This document shows positions 7,564 to 16,538 of a stretch of DNA of 64,000 bases, one piece after another. Below the pieces are notes generated by a model. The model was not told where the DNA came from and ran no database searches. It saw only the letters and a list, made by a program, of their open reading frames with translations. The stretch's first letter is position 1; each line of letters opens with the position of its first letter. Made by a program: the position numbers and the translations under genes. The DNA is from Thermoplasmata archaeon (GTDB lineage: Archaea > Thermoplasmatota > Thermoplasmata > RBG-16-68-12 > JAJISG01), in assembly GCA_046759185.1 (NCBI GenBank), contig JBHIBO010000006.1, forward strand, positions 992-64,991, in the 5' to 3' direction.

Positions 7564-9005
7564 TGGACGACCTGGACGACCATCCCCGCCACCATTGTGG
7601 CATCGTGGGGGCCATCGCCAACGGCAACGATGTCGCCTCCGACCTCTTCTACGGGCTCCGGGTCCTTCAGCATCGCGGCCAGGAGTCCGCCGGGCTGGCT
7701 GTCCACAACGGCCAGATCCAGTCCAAGAAGGGCATGGGGCTCGTCCACGAGGTCTTCAACGGCGAGGACATCGTGCGCCTCAAGGGCCAGGTCGGCATCG
7801 GCCATATCCGGTACTCCACCGAGGGCGCCTCCGCGCTGGAGAACGCGCAGCCCATCGTGGCCAGCTCCATCGCGGGTGACATCGCCCTGGCCCACAACGG
7901 CGAGGTGGTGAACGCCCCCGAGCTGCGCCGGGAACTGCAACAGAAGGGGTGGGCCTTCATTACCAGCACGGACTCGGAGGTTATCGTCCGCCTCCTCGCC
8001 CATGAGATCATCCAGACCCGGGACGTGAACCAGGCGCTCCGGGAATTCACCAGCAAGCTCGTGGGATCCTACTCCCTGGTCCTCCTCGTGGGCGACCGCC
8101 TTTTCGCCATCCGCGACCCCATGGCCGTCCGACCCCTCTGTTACGGGCGGAAGAACGGCGAGCACATTGTCGCGAGCGAGAGCGTCGTCTTCGACACCCT
8201 GGGTGCGAAGTTCATCCGCGACCTTCGACCGGGCGAGATTCTCGAGCTGACCACGGAGGGGGTCCACTCCACCCGCCTCCCTCACCCCACGAACACGGCC
8301 CACTGCATGTTCGAGTGGGTCTACTTTTCCCGGCCCGACAGCGTCCTGGACGGCCGCCTGGTCTACGACGTCCGCGTGAAGATCGGGCGGGAGCTGGCAG
8401 CGGACCACCGGGTCGAGGCGGACATGGTCGTACCCATCCCGGACTCGGGACGCGCCCATGCCTTCGGCTACGCGGAGACGGCCGGGCTTCCGTTGGTGGA
8501 GGGACTCATCAAGAACCGCTACATCGAGCGCACGTTCATCCTCCCCAACCAGGCGGATCGGGACGTGGGCGTGCACCTGAAGCTGAATGCCGTCCGCTCC
8601 TTGCTCCAGGGCAAGCGGGTCATCCTCGTGGACGACAGCATCGTTCGGGGGACTACCATGAAGAAGATCGTGGGCTTGGTGCGCGAGGCCGGGGCCCATG
8701 AGGTGCACGTGCGCATCGGATGCCCGCCCATTCGGGCGCCCTGCTACATGGGCATCGACATGAAGACCCGCCACCAGTTTGCGGCCAACGGCCGCGAGGT
8801 CGAGGAGATTCGCCAGCGGCTCGGAGCCGACACCCTGGGCTACCTCTCCATCCCCGGGCTCGTTCGCGCCATCGGGATGGGAGAGGCGGACATCTGCACG
8901 GGCTGCCTGACAGGCGAGTACCCGGTTCAGATCCCCGGCGAGAGGATGCGGCCTCAGAGGAGGTTGGACCTCTTCCTTCCCTCCCAACAGGCGAAAGCGA
9001 GGTAG
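7563..9005 (+). CDS. purF: Amidophosphoribosyltransferase (PurF)
   Basis: The start is the ATG at 7563, overlapping the L37e TAA by 1 nt (taATGg). MDDLDDHPRHHCGIVGA carries the Ntn Cys. The PRTase motif (VILVDDSIVRGTT) and a C-terminal cysteine cluster are present. Confidence 0.9.
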   Translation: MDDLDDHPRHHCGIVGAIANGNDVASDLFYGLRVLQHRGQESAGLAVHNGQIQSKKGMGLVHEVFNGEDIVRLKGQVGIGHIRYSTEGASALENAQPIVASSIAGDIALAHNGEVVNAPELRRELQQKGWAFITSTDSEVIVRLLAHEIIQTRDVNQALREFTSKLVGSYSLVLLVGDRLFAIRDPMAVRPLCYGRKNGEHIVASESVVFDTLGAKFIRDLRPGEILELTTEGVHSTRLPHPTNTAHCMFEWVYFSRPDSVLDGRLVYDVRVKIGRELAADHRVEADMVVPIPDSGRAHAFGYAETAGLPLVEGLIKNRYIERTFILPNQADRDVGVHLKLNAVRSLLQGKRVILVDDSIVRGTTMKKIVGLVREAGAHEVHVRIGCPPIRAPCYMGIDMKTRHQFAANGREVEEIRQRLGADTLGYLSIPGLVRAIGMGEADICTGCLTGEYPVQIPGERMRPQRRLDLFLPSQQAKAR

Positions 9006-9050
9006 CTACGCCTTTACTGCCCCGACGGAATCCTTATTGGGCTCTCGCCG

Positions 9051-9488
9051 TTGGACGGTTGGATGCGGAGCCTCGAGGACATCTTCGGCGACACCCTGTT
9101 TCTGGGCGCCACCCGCGGCTTGAAGCGAGACGAGGAACGCCTGTGGATGATTGCCGAACACTTGGAGGAGGACGAGACGGCCTTGGCCTTCCTCTCCCTC
9201 AGGACCGGCAACCTCCTGCTCACGCCGAAACGGGTGTTAGAGTTGAAGCCCCATCTGGACGTGGGCGGCATGTGGAACGTCCTTCGCTTCGAGGGCTACG
9301 CGGTCACTGCAGAGGAAGAACTGCGATACATCCAGCGAGTCCATGTCGAGGCGTCCCGGGGAGGCGGCAGACTTGGGCTCGAGACCCGGTCCGGTGAGCG
9401 AGAGTGGTCGGTTCCAGCGGCTTCCTCCTCGAAGGATCCGTCGAGCAACGCAAGGGCCTTCGCTGATCGCATTTTGGAGAGGCTCTAG
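9051..9488 (+). CDS. Hypothetical protein (bacterial-PH-like feel)
   Basis: 145 aa. No recognisable catalytic motif. The central block LAFLSLRTGNLLLTPKRVLELKP is reminiscent of bacterial PH/YokE-like domains. Confidence 0.4.
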   Translation: MDGWMRSLEDIFGDTLFLGATRGLKRDEERLWMIAEHLEEDETALAFLSLRTGNLLLTPKRVLELKPHLDVGGMWNVLRFEGYAVTAEEELRYIQRVHVEASRGGGRLGLETRSGEREWSVPAASSSKDPSSNARAFADRILERL

Positions 9489-9550
9489 TGCGGACCACAC
9501 CGTTCTGGGCTGCGGAAGGTTAAAGCTCGGGGACCCATGGCGAGAAGCTG

Positions 9551-9937
9551 ATGGAAGAGCGCGTCTTGGTCTTCGACTTGACGAACACACCGCCCAAGCA
9601 ACGCGTCAACCACGCCCACATCCGCGAAGATCTCGTCGCACTGCATGCTCATCCGGTGGAGAAGGAGCCCGGCATCCTGGAGGGAGTGGTCCTTCACCGG
9701 AGAGACTTCACCCTGGTGATGACCGTGAACTACCGGAAGCAAGAGGAAACCCTGGAGTTCGACGGGTCGCGGGGGACTACCGTCACGTCCGCGGACGTCG
9801 GCATCGGCTCCGTGGTCTTCACGTACCGCGAGGGTGAGAAGAAGGCCAAGGATGAGGTGTCGGTCCTCTCTCTGCGGCAACTCGACAGTCGCCTCCGTCG
9901 CCGCGTCCGGGATGTCCGCGAACGCGACTCCCCCTAG
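9551..9937 (+). CDS. Hypothetical protein, a possible paralogue of the upstream ORF
   Basis: 128 aa. VLVFDLTNTPPKQRV...FTLVMTVNYRKQEETLEF. A basic C-terminal tail. Confidence 0.4.
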   Translation: MEERVLVFDLTNTPPKQRVNHAHIREDLVALHAHPVEKEPGILEGVVLHRRDFTLVMTVNYRKQEETLEFDGSRGTTVTSADVGIGSVVFTYREGEKKAKDEVSVLSLRQLDSRLRRRVRDVRERDSP

Positions 9938-9973
9938 GCAGAAAGAAATGGATCCTCGCGGCGGATGAAAGGG

Positions 9974-9980
9974 TTTTATC
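9974..9980 (+). promoter_or_regulatory. TATA box (TTTTATC) for tRNA-Ala
   Basis: 24 nt upstream of the tRNA 5' end. Confidence 0.45.
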
Positions 9981-10003
9981 AGGAGCCCCTCATCGATGGA
10001 TCA

Positions 10004-10076
10004 GGGCCGGTAGATCAGTTGGAAGATCGCCACCTTGGCATGGTGGAGGCCGTGGGTTCAAATCCCACCCGGTCCA
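10004..10076 (+). tRNA. tRNA-Ala(GGC)
   Basis: GGGCCGG TA GATC AGTTGGAA GATC G CCACC TTGGCAT GGTGG AGGCC GTGGG TTCAAAT CCCAC CCGGTCC A. The cloverleaf closes with G3:U70, the Ala identity pair. Anticodon GGC. No encoded CCA. Confidence 0.85.
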
Positions 10077-10089
10077 CTTCATCGCTCTC

Positions 10090-11052
10090 TCAAATGGTCT
10101 GTTCCAGCCGATCCAGGACTTGAAGACCCCTGAGTGTGATCATCTTGCTTGGCGCCCCCGGCGCCTCGAGGGAGAAGGGGGTGGGCCTCTTCTTCGGATT
10201 CTTCAGAAGCCAGTTCGCATAGCCTCCTTCGACGTCTGGATGCACGGCATCCAGGTTCCACGTGCCGTCCGCACGCCGCTGCTCTTGAAGCCAGCCCACA
10301 GCGAACTCGAGTCGCGGATCGTACCCGTATCCCAAGGCGGTCATGAAGTCGAGTCCCACCAAGAGGTCGTAGTAGTAGTGGTTGGGGTAATGGGAGCGGT
10401 ACCAGGGCTCATACCGAGCCCCCTGTTTGTGGAGTTCCCTCTCCAGGAAGAACTCCGCGCCCTGCTCGACGACGCGGTGCATGCCCGCCGTCCACTTCCG
10501 TCGAGGATAGACGGCGAAGGCACTCAGGCCCTCCCAGGAGTCGAGGTTTCGACCCGTCCCGAAACAGTTCCACCCACCCTTCGGGTCCGCGCGGTCGACG
10601 AGCCACTCGAAGGCACTCCGAACTCGTGGTTCGTCTACATAACCAAAGCGAACGAGGGCCCGGGCGGTGTTGCCCGTGATGCACAGATGACCGACCCTCA
10701 TATTGTCGGCACCGAAGCCGCCGTCCTTCTTCGCGAAGCGGTCCATCCACATCTGACAGGCCTTGTCGATCCGAGGATCTGACGTCGTCAAGCCTAGATC
10801 CGACAGGACGAGCAACATCCAGTTGGTAGAGGTGTACTTGGGTCGATAGAGACTCTCCTGGGCGACCCACCAGCCGCCCGCCTCCTGCTGGTCGAGGATG
10901 GCGGCGGCCCATCCCTCGACGCCGATCCTCTCCTTCGCGGATTGTACCTCGCCATCATCCTCCGATTGCCCCCGAATCTGCGTGAGCGCGAGGTATCGGA
11001 TGGAGGGTTCGCCCTCCTCCAGCAACCACTCCAGGGCTGAATCGAACCCCAT
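10090..11052 (-). CDS. Prenyltransferase/squalene-oxidase-repeat (terpenoid cyclase-like alpha/alpha toroid) protein
   Basis: The track ORF extends to 11436, but the N-terminal 128 aa is low-complexity. The likely start is Met at 11052 (MGFDSALEWLLEEGEPSIRYLALTQIRG). Repeated QW-like motifs (GGWW, GGFG, KGGWN, DGTWN) are present. Confidence 0.6.
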   Translation of the reverse strand: MGFDSALEWLLEEGEPSIRYLALTQIRGQSEDDGEVQSAKERIGVEGWAAAILDQQEAGGWWVAQESLYRPKYTSTNWMLLVLSDLGLTTSDPRIDKACQMWMDRFAKKDGGFGADNMRVGHLCITGNTARALVRFGYVDEPRVRSAFEWLVDRADPKGGWNCFGTGRNLDSWEGLSAFAVYPRRKWTAGMHRVVEQGAEFFLERELHKQGARYEPWYRSHYPNHYYYDLLVGLDFMTALGYGYDPRLEFAVGWLQEQRRADGTWNLDAVHPDVEGGYANWLLKNPKKRPTPFSLEAPGAPSKMITLRGLQVLDRLEQTI

Positions 11053-11145
11053 GACGCCCGTCCCCGACCGCGGTACGTCCTCGGCCCTTAAACCCACACG
11101 CCCAGAACCGAAACGCACAAGGCCAATCACGATTCTGACGCCGCA

Positions 11146-11427
11146 ATGAGCTTCCTTGACGTGGAGACGTGGGAACGAATCCGGATCGCCAACCAGGTGC
11201 TGCAGACGCTCTGGGACTATTTGGAGAGCCGGGGCGCGAACGTGGACCAGCCCCAGGCCGATCCCGGCCTTGCCGGAGCCCTGTACTGGGTGGGCCAATG
11301 CAGTCGAGAGAGGACAGAGGGGATCGCCACGGAGAAGCTCGATGGGGTCATTTGGGATCCCCGGCAGGCCGGCTGGGTCTGCGAGCGGCATCTCCTTGGT
11401 GCCAGTGAGGGGACAGGCGCGGAATAG
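11146..11427 (+). CDS. Hypothetical small protein
   Basis: A 93-aa ORF in the gap left once the neighbouring gene is trimmed to 11052. Coding status is uncertain. Confidence 0.2.
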   Translation: MSFLDVETWERIRIANQVLQTLWDYLESRGANVDQPQADPGLAGALYWVGQCSRERTEGIATEKLDGVIWDPRQAGWVCERHLLGASEGTGAE

Positions 11428-11463
11428 CGCGAACATAGGTTACCTGTATAAGTATATCAAGAC

Positions 11464-11874
11464 GTGAGCGTCTTCGCGTTTGTGGGCCGACGGAAGGGCG
11501 CGAGAACCCGACCCACGGAACTCCGTATCGCCGCGGTTCGTCTGGTCCGCTCAGGTGTCGCGCAGTGCCGCGTCGCGGAGGCATTCGATGTGGATCCGTC
11601 CACCGTCTCTCGCTGGTGTCGTCTGGCACGGACGGGGGGTCTCAATGCGCTGGCCCGTCGCCCCGTCACGGGGCGGCCTCGGAAGGTCTCGGACCAGGCC
11701 TTGCGGGAATTACCTCTCCTACTCGCCGATGACCCCTCCACACACGGGCTCCCGGGTCATCGATGGAACCTCTCCCTGGTGACTGAGCTAATCATGCAAC
11801 GATATGGGGTGAGGTACCACCCGTCCCATGTGGGGAGGCTTCTGCGTTCTCTCCGTGTTGAATTGATTAACTAA
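11464..11874 (+). mobile_element. IS630/Tc1-family transposase N-terminal HTH fragment (remnant with no DDE domain)
   Basis: 136-aa ORF (GTG start): ...RIAAVRLVRSGVAQCRVAEAFDVDPSTVSRWCRLARTGGLNALARRPVTGRPRKVSDQALRELPLLL...HGLPGHRWNLSLVTELIMQRYGVRYHPSHVGRLLRSL. These are the paired HTH and winged-helix N-terminal domains of IS630-type transposases. No catalytic domain follows and no terminal inverted repeats were found. Confidence 0.55.
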
Positions 11875-11923
11875 TGCAGACCTGCGCAAGGAAGAAGTAC
11901 CCCCTGGGGGCGTCGGCACCCTT

Positions 11924-12625
11924 ATGATGACCCAGAAACATCGGAGGGAAGTGCAAGCCCGTCTATTCAAGGCCATCGAGGAGGGGGATGTGGAAGCCGT
12001 GGTGGAGCTCTTCGAGATTGATCCGGACCTCGTATCGGGGTCGAACTCCGAGGGGGCGAGTCCTCTAATCTGGGCGGCGTACTACCGGCGAGGCAAAATC
12101 GTCGATCTTCTCATGGAGCACGGTGCCCGACCCGACATCTTCGAGGCATCGGCCCTGGATCTCAACGATCGCGTGCGGGACCTCCTGGAATCTGACCGAA
12201 CGTTGGTCGATCGCTACAGCTTCGATGGATGGACTCCTCTTCACTTGGCGGCCCACTTCGGGAGTGTGGATGTCCTACGCACCCTCCTGGCGACCGGCGC
12301 CAGTCACCAGGCCGTCTCCCGCAACAGCAACGGGAACCAACCGTTGCAGGCGGCAGCGGCGGGGCGTCAGGTCGAGGCGGTAACCCTTCTCTTGCGGGTC
12401 GGAGCCGACCCGGACGCTCGTAGCGAGGGCGGCTTCACGGCCCTCCACTCTGCAGCGGCCAGCGGCGACGTGGAGTTGACTCGGACCCTGCTTGAAGCCG
12501 GCGCAACGGTCGACGTCAGGGCTGACGGGGGGAAGACCCCCTTGGAGCTGGCCATCGAGGCGAATCACACGGCCATCGTGGACCTCCTCGAGGCCGCGCA
12601 GGATGGGCTATGGAACGGCACCTAG
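11924..12625 (+). CDS. Ankyrin-repeat protein
   Basis: 233 aa with at least five ANK repeats (SPLIWAAYYRRGKIVDLLMEHGARPD; TPLHLAAHFGSVDVLRTLLATGAS; TALHSAAASGDVELTRTLLEAGATVD; TPLELAIEANHTAIVDLL). Confidence 0.8.
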   Translation: MMTQKHRREVQARLFKAIEEGDVEAVVELFEIDPDLVSGSNSEGASPLIWAAYYRRGKIVDLLMEHGARPDIFEASALDLNDRVRDLLESDRTLVDRYSFDGWTPLHLAAHFGSVDVLRTLLATGASHQAVSRNSNGNQPLQAAAAGRQVEAVTLLLRVGADPDARSEGGFTALHSAAASGDVELTRTLLEAGATVDVRADGGKTPLELAIEANHTAIVDLLEAAQDGLWNGT

Positions 12626-12761
12626 ATCTGCCTCCAACGCGAAGGAGGGGCAACGGTGAGTCAGTGGCCGGGCAAAGCCTTTAGGGGCCAACAGCCTCCG
12701 ATCCGCGGGGAGGGGACCGGTCCGACTCGAAGGACCGAGGCACCCCCAGGCGGATGATCCC

Positions 12762-13043
12762 ATGAAGACAGTGGTTGATGGTCCTCTCGGCAGCAATGAA
12801 GTGAAAGGCCTCAAACAGATCAAAGACAGGATTCGAGAGCTCCACGCGCAATTCTCGGAACTAGAGGACGGGCTGCGGAAGTTCCTCCCGAATTTTAAGG
12901 AGTGGACCATCCGCCCGGTCGATCTGAAGCCCGTTTGGTGGAACTTCGAGGAGCTATACAAGGCGGACTACCACGGGACGGACAATGAACTGTACGAGGT
13001 CATCGTGTCGCCCGAGGGGAAGCTGCAAGTAACCCAGCTCTAG
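12762..13043 (+). CDS. Hypothetical small protein
   Basis: 93 aa. No recognisable motif. Confidence 0.3.
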   Translation: MKTVVDGPLGSNEVKGLKQIKDRIRELHAQFSELEDGLRKFLPNFKEWTIRPVDLKPVWWNFEELYKADYHGTDNELYEVIVSPEGKLQVTQL

Positions 13044-13131
13044 CCCTGCCTGCGATGGGCATCGCATCGCACACAGTCGCCTTCTTGGCTCATAACGGCA
13101 TCCGACGAGTCCGGGTCCACGGAGGCGCCCC

Positions 13132-13995
13132 ATGGTCGAAATCTGGCTCTTCTTTGCGTTGGGAGCGACCCTTGTATGGGGCCTGGGACAGATCGCCGCC
13201 AAGCAGGGGGTAGGTCGCCTCGGTCCGAGGAAGATGGCAGCCGTGGTTGCGCTTGGGGAGGCCGGGGTCTTCCTCGCGGCCTACGTGGCTTCCGGCACCC
13301 CAGCCCTGGGGGGGAGTCGAGGCATTCTCCTCGGCCTGGCCGCCGGGATTACAGGGATGCTGGGCTTCGTCACATACTATGAGACCATCGCCCGGGGAAC
13401 CATCTCGCGGGTGGGTACGATCATTGCGGCCTACCCGGCTATCACCGTCATCCTGGCCCTGATCTTTCTCGGCGAATCCATCACGCCGACCCAGGGCCTG
13501 GGCGTCGTGTTGCTCTTGAGCTCTGCCGTTCTTCTGGGAAGGACCGAGCAGCAGACCTCCGGGGCAGGTGGACGGGCTCTGACCCTCATGGTTCTCGTGT
13601 CGTTCCTTCTGTGGGGCGTCTGGGGATTCATGGTGAAGGTCGCCGTGACCGAGTTGGGTGAGGGGTCGACCTTCTTCTATTTCGCCGTATCCAACGTCCT
13701 CGTGGCCTTCCCCCTCTTGTTGTTCGTTCGGGTACGGGGGTCACGGCCGTTCGTGGCTGACCGGCGCCACCTAGCGTGGCCGCTGCTGACGATCCTGATG
13801 GGGTCCAGTGGGGTAATCCTAATGACGCTAGCCTTCGTTGATGGCCCCGCGACCTTGGTCGCCGCATTGACGGGGGCCTATCCCGTCGTCACCGTTCTGG
13901 CAGCCGCGACACTCCTCCACGAGCGCTTTCGTACGGTGGACATCCTTGCCGTGGCCGCCTTCGTGGTGGGACTCCTCGCCGTGGCTCTGGTCTAG
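13132..13995 (+). CDS. EamA-family (DMT superfamily) transporter
   Basis: 287 aa, ten hydrophobic helices, duplicated EamA halves (GQIAAKQGV ... MTLAFVDGP). Confidence 0.8.
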   Translation: MVEIWLFFALGATLVWGLGQIAAKQGVGRLGPRKMAAVVALGEAGVFLAAYVASGTPALGGSRGILLGLAAGITGMLGFVTYYETIARGTISRVGTIIAAYPAITVILALIFLGESITPTQGLGVVLLLSSAVLLGRTEQQTSGAGGRALTLMVLVSFLLWGVWGFMVKVAVTELGEGSTFFYFAVSNVLVAFPLLLFVRVRGSRPFVADRRHLAWPLLTILMGSSGVILMTLAFVDGPATLVAALTGAYPVVTVLAAATLLHERFRTVDILAVAAFVVGLLAVALV

Positions 13996-14029
13996 GGTGC
14001 GCCCGAAGCGGAAGCCCCTCGAGGCAGGG

Positions 14030-14863
14030 TCACAGAAGCCCACCCACGAAACGGAACACGAGGGCCGCGGAGAGGAGGGTCACGGCAGCGACCGACACGG
14101 CCACGTCCCCAGGACGAACCACCAAGTCGACGCTGTTGGTCCTCGTGGGGTAGGCGAAGGTTGCGCGAGCCTCCAAAGCCTCCCCGAGTCGCACCGAGCG
14201 ACGGAGAACGCTGACGAAGAGGGGGAGAAGAAGGGGCATCACAGCACGCCATCGACGTCGGAGGGGTCCTCCCGTCTCGAGGTCCAAGCCCCGCGCCATC
14301 TGCGCCTCGCGAATCCGTCGGGCCTCGTCGGCGAGGATGGGGATAAACCGGAAGGCCAGACTCAGGGTCAGGACGAAAAAGTAGGGGGCCCGGAGGGAAA
14401 GGAGGAGACCCTCCACATCGTCGAGACTCGTCGTTAGGAAGAAAACGCTCGCCGTGACAAGCATGAGGACGATGCGCGCATAGACCACGAGGCTGAAGAG
14501 AAGGGCTTCCCGAGTTATTGCCAGTTCCCCCAACAGGGGCGTCCCCGGGGGGGTCAGAGAGAGAATTACCGCTGCCTGTCCCGGCGGATAGGTGTAGATG
14601 GAGTGTAGGAAAGCGTTGAGGGGCACCAGGAAGAGGGCAAGGAGCGCATAGATACGAAGGGACCCCACCAAGGCACCTCCGACGCGACCCACTGCGATCA
14701 GGATGCCGAGGGGCAGGAGGACGACCAGAACCGCCCGAAGGTCCATCCACAGCCACAGAAAGAGAATGAGGGACGCGACAACGACGAGCTTTGCGCGTGG
14801 GTCAAGGCGATGGAGGGGCGTCTCGCCTTTCCGGTAGCGAAAAGCCGCCAGCGGGTCACTCAT
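14030..14863 (-). CDS. ecfT: ECF transporter transmembrane T component (EcfT/CbiQ family)
   Basis: 277 aa. The N-terminus FRYRKGETPLHRLDPRAKL is typical of EcfT. The conserved ARG coupling motif (ARGLDLETGG) is present. It overlaps ecfA by 4 nt. Confidence 0.8.
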   Translation of the reverse strand: MSDPLAAFRYRKGETPLHRLDPRAKLVVVASLILFLWLWMDLRAVLVVLLPLGILIAVGRVGGALVGSLRIYALLALFLVPLNAFLHSIYTYPPGQAAVILSLTPPGTPLLGELAITREALLFSLVVYARIVLMLVTASVFFLTTSLDDVEGLLLSLRAPYFFVLTLSLAFRFIPILADEARRIREAQMARGLDLETGGPLRRRWRAVMPLLLPLFVSVLRRSVRLGEALEARATFAYPTRTNSVDLVVRPGDVAVSVAAVTLLSAALVFRFVGGLL

Positions 14864-15675
14864 GCGGACCCTCTCAGGTGCCCACTCACCTCCCGGTAAA
14901 GGCGGGAACTTGGGTCGATGCCCCGCTCCTCCATGAGGGCGAGCAGGCGAGGAATCTCCGGTGGGTGGAGTCCCGCCTCGGCCAGGGACGGATGGGCGAA
15001 GACCTCCGCCGTTCTCCCCTCGAGGAACACGCGTCCTCGTCTCAGGATCACGACCCGATCGCTGGACTCGTAGGCGAACTCCAAGTCGTGGGTTATGAAG
15101 ACAACTGTCTTGTCCTCCTGGGTGAGGGTCCGAGCAATCGTGGCCAGGTGTCGCTTCCTCCCGTAGTCCATCCCCTTCGTGGGCTCATCGAGCAGGAGGA
15201 CAGCGGGTTGAAGGACAAAGCTCGAAGCGAGAGCCACACTCTTTCGTTCCCCTCCGCTTAAGGCGGCCGGGAGGCGGTGGCGCGCCTTCCATAGGTCAAA
15301 CCGACGTAGCTCGGTCTCCACCCGCTCCTCCACTTCCGGCGGCGGTTGACCTAAGTTTCGTGGTCCAAAGGCCACCTCATCCCGAACGCGTTCCAGGAAG
15401 ATCTGGTGGTCGGGGTTCTGAAACACAAGCCCGACGTCCCTGGTAATCTCGTGTGTCGTGAGTTGCGAGGTGTCCCTGCCCTCGAGCCAGATGGTACCCT
15501 GCGTGGGCCTGAGCAACCCAAGGAGGAGCCGCGCAAGTGTGGTCTTCCCCGAGCCGTTCTCACCTAAGAGCGCGACCCGCTCCCCGGGAAGGAAGTCGAG
15601 GGTCAGGCCTCGAATGGCCTCAACACCGTTGGGGTAGGCATAGTGCACATCACGAAGACTAAGCAGTGGTCTCAA
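14860..15675 (-). CDS. ecfA: ECF transporter ATPase subunit (EcfA)
   Basis: Walker A GENGSGKTT, ABC signature LSGGERKSVALA, Walker B LLLDEPTKGMD. Confidence 0.85.
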   Translation of the reverse strand: MRPLLSLRDVHYAYPNGVEAIRGLTLDFLPGERVALLGENGSGKTTLARLLLGLLRPTQGTIWLEGRDTSQLTTHEITRDVGLVFQNPDHQIFLERVRDEVAFGPRNLGQPPPEVEERVETELRRFDLWKARHRLPAALSGGERKSVALASSFVLQPAVLLLDEPTKGMDYGRKRHLATIARTLTQEDKTVVFITHDLEFAYESSDRVVILRRGRVFLEGRTAEVFAHPSLAEAGLHPPEIPRLLALMEERGIDPSSRLYREVSGHLRGSA

Positions 15676-16531
15676 GTCCGTCAGGTCGGGTCCTCCCGTA
15701 CCGAATGAGCTCTTCGAGCAGGTCCTCCGATGTCAGCGGACACGGGCCATCAATGCCTCCCAATGCAAGATGGCGCCACACCTGAATCGGCGTAGGTATC
15801 TCGATGCCCAACCCGTCCAGCTCCGGCCGGGCCATAACCTCCTTCGGGGGACCGTCAAAGGCGACACGCCCCTGGTCGAGGACAACGAGGCGATCGACGA
15901 TTCGAAGCACATCTGCAAGGCGGTGATCTGTGAGGACGACGGTCCGCTCGGAACTCCGAGCGAGTCCCTCGACTGCCCGAAGAATCTCCTGACGTCCTCG
16001 GGGATCCAGCTCAGAGGCAGGCTCGTCGAGTAGCAGGATACGGGGGCGCATGGCGATGATGCTTGCGAGTGCCAAGCGCTGCATCTCGCCGCCGCTCAGC
16101 TCGACCACCTCCCGGTCCTTCAAGTCGCCAAGCCCCATCGCCTCCAGGGCCTCATCCACCCTCTCATCGATCACATCCCTGGGCAACCCTAGATTCTCCA
16201 GCCCAAAGGCGACGTCCCGTCGCACGCGGGAAGCGACAATCTGGTCCTCGGGCGACTGGAAGACGGTTCCGACGAAGGTCGCTACGCGGTTCGGCCGTAG
16301 GCTGAGGACGTCGTTGCCCAACACCCTGGCAACCCCCCGAGCCTCCCCCTCGTAGAAATCGAGAAGGAGACCGTTGATTGCACGCAGGAGGGTCGACTTC
16401 CCAGAGCCCGTGGGACCCGTTACCAGAACGACCTGCCCCGCTGAGACTCGGAAGTCGACGTTGTCCAGGGCCCACGTCGACGACGTTTGATACCGGAAGC
16501 TCAGGCCCTGCACCTCGATGGCTGCGACCAT
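15659..16531 (-). CDS. ecfA: ECF transporter ATPase subunit (EcfA')
   Basis: Walker A GPTGSGKST, signature LSGGEMQRLALA, Walker B LLLDEPASELD. Tandem with the other ATPase and EcfT. Confidence 0.85.
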   Translation of the reverse strand: MVAAIEVQGLSFRYQTSSTWALDNVDFRVSAGQVVLVTGPTGSGKSTLLRAINGLLLDFYEGEARGVARVLGNDVLSLRPNRVATFVGTVFQSPEDQIVASRVRRDVAFGLENLGLPRDVIDERVDEALEAMGLGDLKDREVVELSGGEMQRLALASIIAMRPRILLLDEPASELDPRGRQEILRAVEGLARSSERTVVLTDHRLADVLRIVDRLVVLDQGRVAFDGPPKEVMARPELDGLGIEIPTPIQVWRHLALGGIDGPCPLTSEDLLEELIRYGRTRPDGLETTA

Positions 16532-16538
16532 GGCGACG

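Noticed and set aside
7512-8987. 491-aa ORF antisense to purF
   Set aside because: It is a shadow ORF. purF on the plus strand has unambiguous catalytic motifs. The antisense translation is Ala/Gly/Pro/Arg-rich with no motifs.
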